DNA of 64,000 bases from Eledone cirrhosa (lineage: Eukaryota): NCBI GenBank assembly GCA_964016885.1, contig OZ024742.1, forward strand, positions 344,534,001 through 344,598,000, given 5' to 3'. Positions 59,843 through 64,000 of the stretch are shown here, in pieces. Every line of letters begins with the position of its first letter. The first letter of the stretch is position 1. The position numbers and the translations under genes were made by a program. The notes beneath the pieces are model-generated. The model was not told where the DNA came from and ran no database searches. It was given only the letters and a program-made list of their open reading frames with translations.

Positions 59843-61167
59843 ATAAACTTGTTATAATGTCATAATTGTTCCTTTGTTCTTTTTCACTAATATAAATATA
59901 TATATATATATAAAGACGTACAGACAAAAGCACATACATGCGTACATACATACAGAGGCGCGCATACATACACACGAAGCACATATATATATATCGGCAC
60001 ATGTATATCTAATCACACGTACGTACGCGATTATATATATATATATACATATACACACATACATACATACATATACACATATATTCACCCATACACACAC
60101 ACACGTATATATAAGTATGTAAAAAACATAGATATAAAAACACACATACACACACATATATACACACACACGCACACATACGGAGACGTTCGTATACATA
60201 TACAGAACGCATACACACACATACACACTCACACGCATAGATACAAATTATAAACCAGTCGTATGAATAAATGAGTACAAATATAAAAGCGGCTGCGAAA
60301 CAACAGAATATATCTGGAGTTGAAAACGCAGGTGACATGTTATCAGGTAATGAAAGAAAATGGGGAAGTAAAATGTGGAATTGTGAAGATATTAGGTAAG
60401 TGAATCAAAGTAGGGGGGGGTGTCACAGGTGGATGTGAAGTAAAAATAAAAATAAAAATAAAAATAAAAATAAAAATAAAGTTAAAAATGAAAGTAAATC
60501 AGAAAGAGAAGTCTGTAAAGAGGATAATTTAAGGAAAGTGAAGAACAAGAGTTTATGGAGGATAAGTATCTGAAAGTGAGTTAAGTTTATATGAGCTGGA
60601 AAGCAAGTGTGATTACGTGTGTGGGCAACTGGTGAAAATTTCTGTTTTTGCACTTAGGCAGGTTATTGGTGATTTAAGGTTCTGTAAAATCCAATATTTT
60701 TCACTTATGCAGAGTGTGCATCTTCTTGTTCCTCTTGCATATTCTTTCGATTGGTTCAAAATTGACCAATCCAATTCTTATAGTATCTATGTGTTCTAGG
60801 GAAATGTTTATCTAAGAGCTCTAGGAATTTTTTGCCTACATTAGTTTTAACTGAATCTGTATGTTAACTATATTATCTTACAATTTCTTTTTCAACTTAT
60901 ATTATATACGTATTTGTGGTCACACATACACTGATATGCTTGCTCTCATATATGTACTTACGCACACATTTTCACTATACACATGCATTTGTACATACAC
61001 ACATATGTACATTTGTGAGTGAATATACACACATTTATACACATACCCTAACTATATTTACTTATATTTTTATATATCTCTTGCATTACTTTTATTTATA
61101 TATTTTTTTGGCCGTTAAACTTTTGCCTTTCTTGAGGAGATTTTTCAAATATTTCACTATGTTTTAA

Positions 61168-61243
61168 ATTGCCTTGTCCGATGAACGAATGAGGACGTTT
61201 TTTGTATTCGTCTTATTCTGGAAACCTCTGGTAATGAGGTAAT
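61168..61243 (+). ncRNA. Type I hammerhead variant (CCGAUGA core)
   Basis: Inverted partner of 53874-53949; GUA triplet at 61231-61233. Confidence 0.78.
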
Positions 61244-61320
61244 TATATTGTATTCTTTATTATACATTATATATATATATATGTGTGTGAGAAAAACCAC
61301 AGACCCTCCATCTCAACTCT

Positions 61321-61358
61321 ACTTTTGAAAAGCAGAAGAACTGCGAACCCGGTAGAGG
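61321..61358 (+). ncRNA. Degenerate UUGAAAA hammerhead copy (GAAA>GAAC, weakened stem I)
   Basis: ACTT-TTGAAAA-GCAG(aagaa)CTGC-GAAC-CCGG-TA-GAGG. Confidence 0.5.
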
Positions 61359-61421
61359 AACCAAATAAATAAATATATATATATTTTTTAAAATAAGACT
61401 CCAGTTGCATTTTCGATTTCA

Positions 61422-61511
<90 letters not shown>

Positions 61512-61628
61512 ACATCTTGTTTCAGACTAGCTATTTAAATGGTAAGAGCCCCCGATCTTTTAAAATATACCTCTACTCTACTATCCCAAGTATCTAGTAC
61601 TCTGTTGAGTAATGGTTTAAGTAGTTCG

Positions 61629-61664
<36 letters not shown>

Positions 61665-62090
61665 GGGAGACATACACACACGCACACACACATATATATG
61701 TGTTTATGCGTGTGTGTGTGTATAGGGTGGTGAAAAATACCTATAATTATACTTTATAGTAATAGATAATAATTGAATACATCGAGGTGTATATCCCTGG
61801 AGACGCTGCAATATGGAGAAACTTGCCGGGGAATCGAACCACGGATTTCTCGTAGTCTGGACGAGAGTATTTTGCCACTACGCCAAAGGGTCTCTGGAGT
61901 AAATTACGATTTTCTAAAAGATGTAAAAGTGTAGCTAGAAAAGTAAACCAATTTGGTTGACTTACGAATCAGTGGGAAATTTGAGATGCGTGGTTCGATT
62001 CCCCGGAGACGTCTCTGTCTATTGATCTGTCTCAAGAATGACTTTACCCGATTTCAAATATCATATATAGTTATCAACTATTATTAACAT

Positions 62091-62280
62091 GGCGATGGAT
62101 TGGCAGTATCGGTAGATGGTCGGACGCCATGCTTTGCAGCATAGAGTTACGGCCCTTTACGGTCTGAGTTTAAATCCCGCTGAGGTTAACTTTTTCTTTC
62201 ATCCTTATGGGTTCGATAAAATAAAGGACCAGTAATGCACTGAGATAATTGCTGGTCTTGTGCCAAAAATAGAAACAATT
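62091..62280 (+). mobile_element. tRNA-derived SINE (resembles octopus SINE families)
   Basis: A-box-like TGGCAGTATCGG, B-box-like GAGTTTAAATC, body CTTTCATCCTT..GATAAAATAAAG.ACCAGTAATGCACTG. Confidence 0.75.
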
Positions 62281-62288
62281 GTAAACAT

Positions 62289-62475
62289 GGCGGCGGATTG
62301 GCCGTATCGGTAGAGGGTCTCACGCCATGATTTGCAGCATAGAGGTACGGCCCTTTACAGTCCGAGTTCAAATCTGGCCGAGGTTAATTTTGCCTTTCAT
62401 CCTTACGGGGTAGATAAAATAAAGTACCAGTAATACAGTACGGTATTTGATGGCGTTGTGCCAATAGTAGGAACA
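62289..62475 (+). mobile_element. tRNA-derived SINE, tandem second copy
   Basis: Homologous to 62091-62280; B box GAGTTCAAATC. Confidence 0.75.
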
Positions 62476-62635
62476 TATATTAACATTATTTTCGTTGGGG
62501 AGAATACATTTTTCCATTCCGTCCTCTTCTCACTCTCCATCTTGTCATTTCATCTTTTATTTCTCCTTCTATCGTCTGATGAAGGACTAGTGACCAAAAC
62601 GTTAATACACTTTTCCTATTATATCAAGCATTAAA

Positions 62636-62855
62636 GAGTGTTGGACTGGTAGTATCGGTAGAGCGTCGAACATCATGTTTTGCGACATATAGTTACGGCT
62701 CTTTAGGTTCTGCGTTCAAATCACGCCGAGGTTAGCTTTGACTTTCATCCTTACAGGGTCGATAAAGCAAAGTACCTGTAATGCACTGGGCGAATACAAT
62801 TGAATTTTCCTCCTCTAACAAGTGTTGGTTTTGTGTCAAAATCAGAAACCATTAT
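62636..62855 (+). mobile_element. tRNA-derived SINE, third copy
   Basis: GTTCAAATCACGCCGAGG...TTTCATCCTTACAGGGTCGATAAA. Confidence 0.75.
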
Positions 62856-62943
62856 TTCAAGCATTAAACTAATATATTTCTCTATTGTACTGTGTCGATT
62901 GCTTTGTTATTTCTGTTTACTTCTTACATCCATACACACATGA

Positions 62944-62987
<44 letters not shown>

Positions 62988-63105
62988 CTGAGCTCTTGTC
63001 ATTTCACAGCTAGTTTCAGACTGGATCGAGCTCTTGAAACGGCAATAGCTCAGCTGTTGGGCCTCGATGTTTTTTAATATTTTCATACACTACAATACTA
63101 CAATC

Positions 63106-63150
<45 letters not shown>

Positions 63151-63218
63151 AAAAAGGGATGAAATCGAAAATGCAACTGAAGTCTTATTTTTTTTAAAAT
63201 ATATATATTTATTTGGTT

Positions 63219-63256
63219 CCTTTACCGGTTTCGCAGTTCTTCTGCTTTTCAAAAGG
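63219..63256 (-). ncRNA. 38-nt minimal hammerhead, U3-A8 core, palindromic stem III
   Basis: CCTT-TTGAAAA-GCAG(aagaa)CTGC-GAAA-CCGG-TA|AAGG. Confidence 0.78.
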
Positions 63257-63291
63257 TGAGTTGAGATGGAGGGTCTGTGGTTTTTCTCACA

Positions 63292-63333
<42 letters not shown>

Positions 63334-63364
63334 ACATTATATATATATAATCTACACCTCCCCT

Positions 63365-63438
<74 letters not shown>

Positions 63439-63611
63439 AGGAGTCGACAAAACAGCAGTACAAAAGGTCTTATCAGTTTCGCACTTTAAATGGAATATAG
63501 CTGTATGCGTGTGCCTGTGTGTTTCTGGACTGTGTGTGTGTTTGTGTGTATGCCTGTCTGGTTCTATGTGTTTGGAATGTGTATATGTTTGTGTGTGTCT
63601 GTCTGTCCGGG

Positions 63612-63657
<46 letters not shown>

Positions 63658-64000
63658 AGTATGTGTGTGTATACAATGCATGTGCATACATATACACTGA
63701 TTACTTCTCATACATTGAACTTTTCGACAATTGCTATCAATATGCTTCAGTACAGCTCTCTAATGAGATATTGCCTGGCTGTCCTGAATATTTAATACAT
63801 TTTATTAGGCCGCAGTTCTGAGAACTTAATGCAGAAAAAAATAATTAACAAGCAGTATCCTCAATGGAATGTTCAATTAAGTATTGGTGTTAAGTGGTCT
63901 GTGAATAATCGACGTTCAAAGAAAAATAATGAAGTCACTTCAAATATTTTTTCAATATCTGTCTTACAAACTCTTGTAAATTATTGGTTATTGCTTGTGA

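Larger units (their letters stand above)
54660..59893. mobile_element. Inner element bounded by 324-bp inverted repeats, each with an outward-facing hammerhead
   Basis: 54660-54983 is the reverse complement of 59570-59893 with few mismatches. Confidence 0.8.
53848..61269. mobile_element. Outer element bounded by ~420-bp inverted repeats, each with an outward-facing hammerhead
   Basis: 53848-54269 is the reverse complement of 60851-61269. Confidence 0.75.
61286..63291. repeat. ~135-bp inverted repeat pair with inward-facing hammerheads
   Basis: 61286-61423 is the reverse complement of 63158-63291; each arm is flanked by microsatellite. Confidence 0.85.

Noticed and set aside
61822-61887. tRNA gene on the minus strand
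   Set aside because: A and B boxes are present but I could not build a proper cloverleaf; treated as SINE-like.
62572-62615. CTGATGA-AGG..CC-AAAACGTTA hammerhead-like remnant
   Set aside because: GAAA is mutated and there is no convincing stem I; at most a decayed copy.
59784-63821. Short YIYI/CVCV/HTHT ORFs (also at 2959-3215, 5497-9004)
   Set aside because: These are translations of dinucleotide microsatellites.

Overview
Eukaryotic, repeat-only window with no host protein-coding gene that I can support. The SINE and microsatellite content resembles octopus/cephalopod DNA (inference). Positions 1-18969 recur at 31133-50101 at a constant offset of 31,132 bp, so this is a near-identical tandem duplication whose junction fuses a Tx1/L1 LINE to a 24-bp satellite. 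The duplicated block holds the satellite, a Penelope-like element (RT + GIY-YIG), a decayed Ty3/Gypsy LTR element, a second Penelope ORF fragment and the LINE. The unique 51-64 kb region holds a CR1-like fragment, a Helitron-like element, SINEs and a non-autonomous LTR element. The main signal, invisible in the ORF track, is a dense set of type I hammerhead ribozyme motifs: about six sequence families and 14 copies including duplicates, with core variants CCGAAGA, CCGAUGA and UUGAAAA. Most sit in non-coding elements bracketed by inverted ribozyme-bearing repeats: a spacerless palindrome, two nested outward-facing pairs and one inward-facing pair. All structures were read by eye; none were computed or tested.
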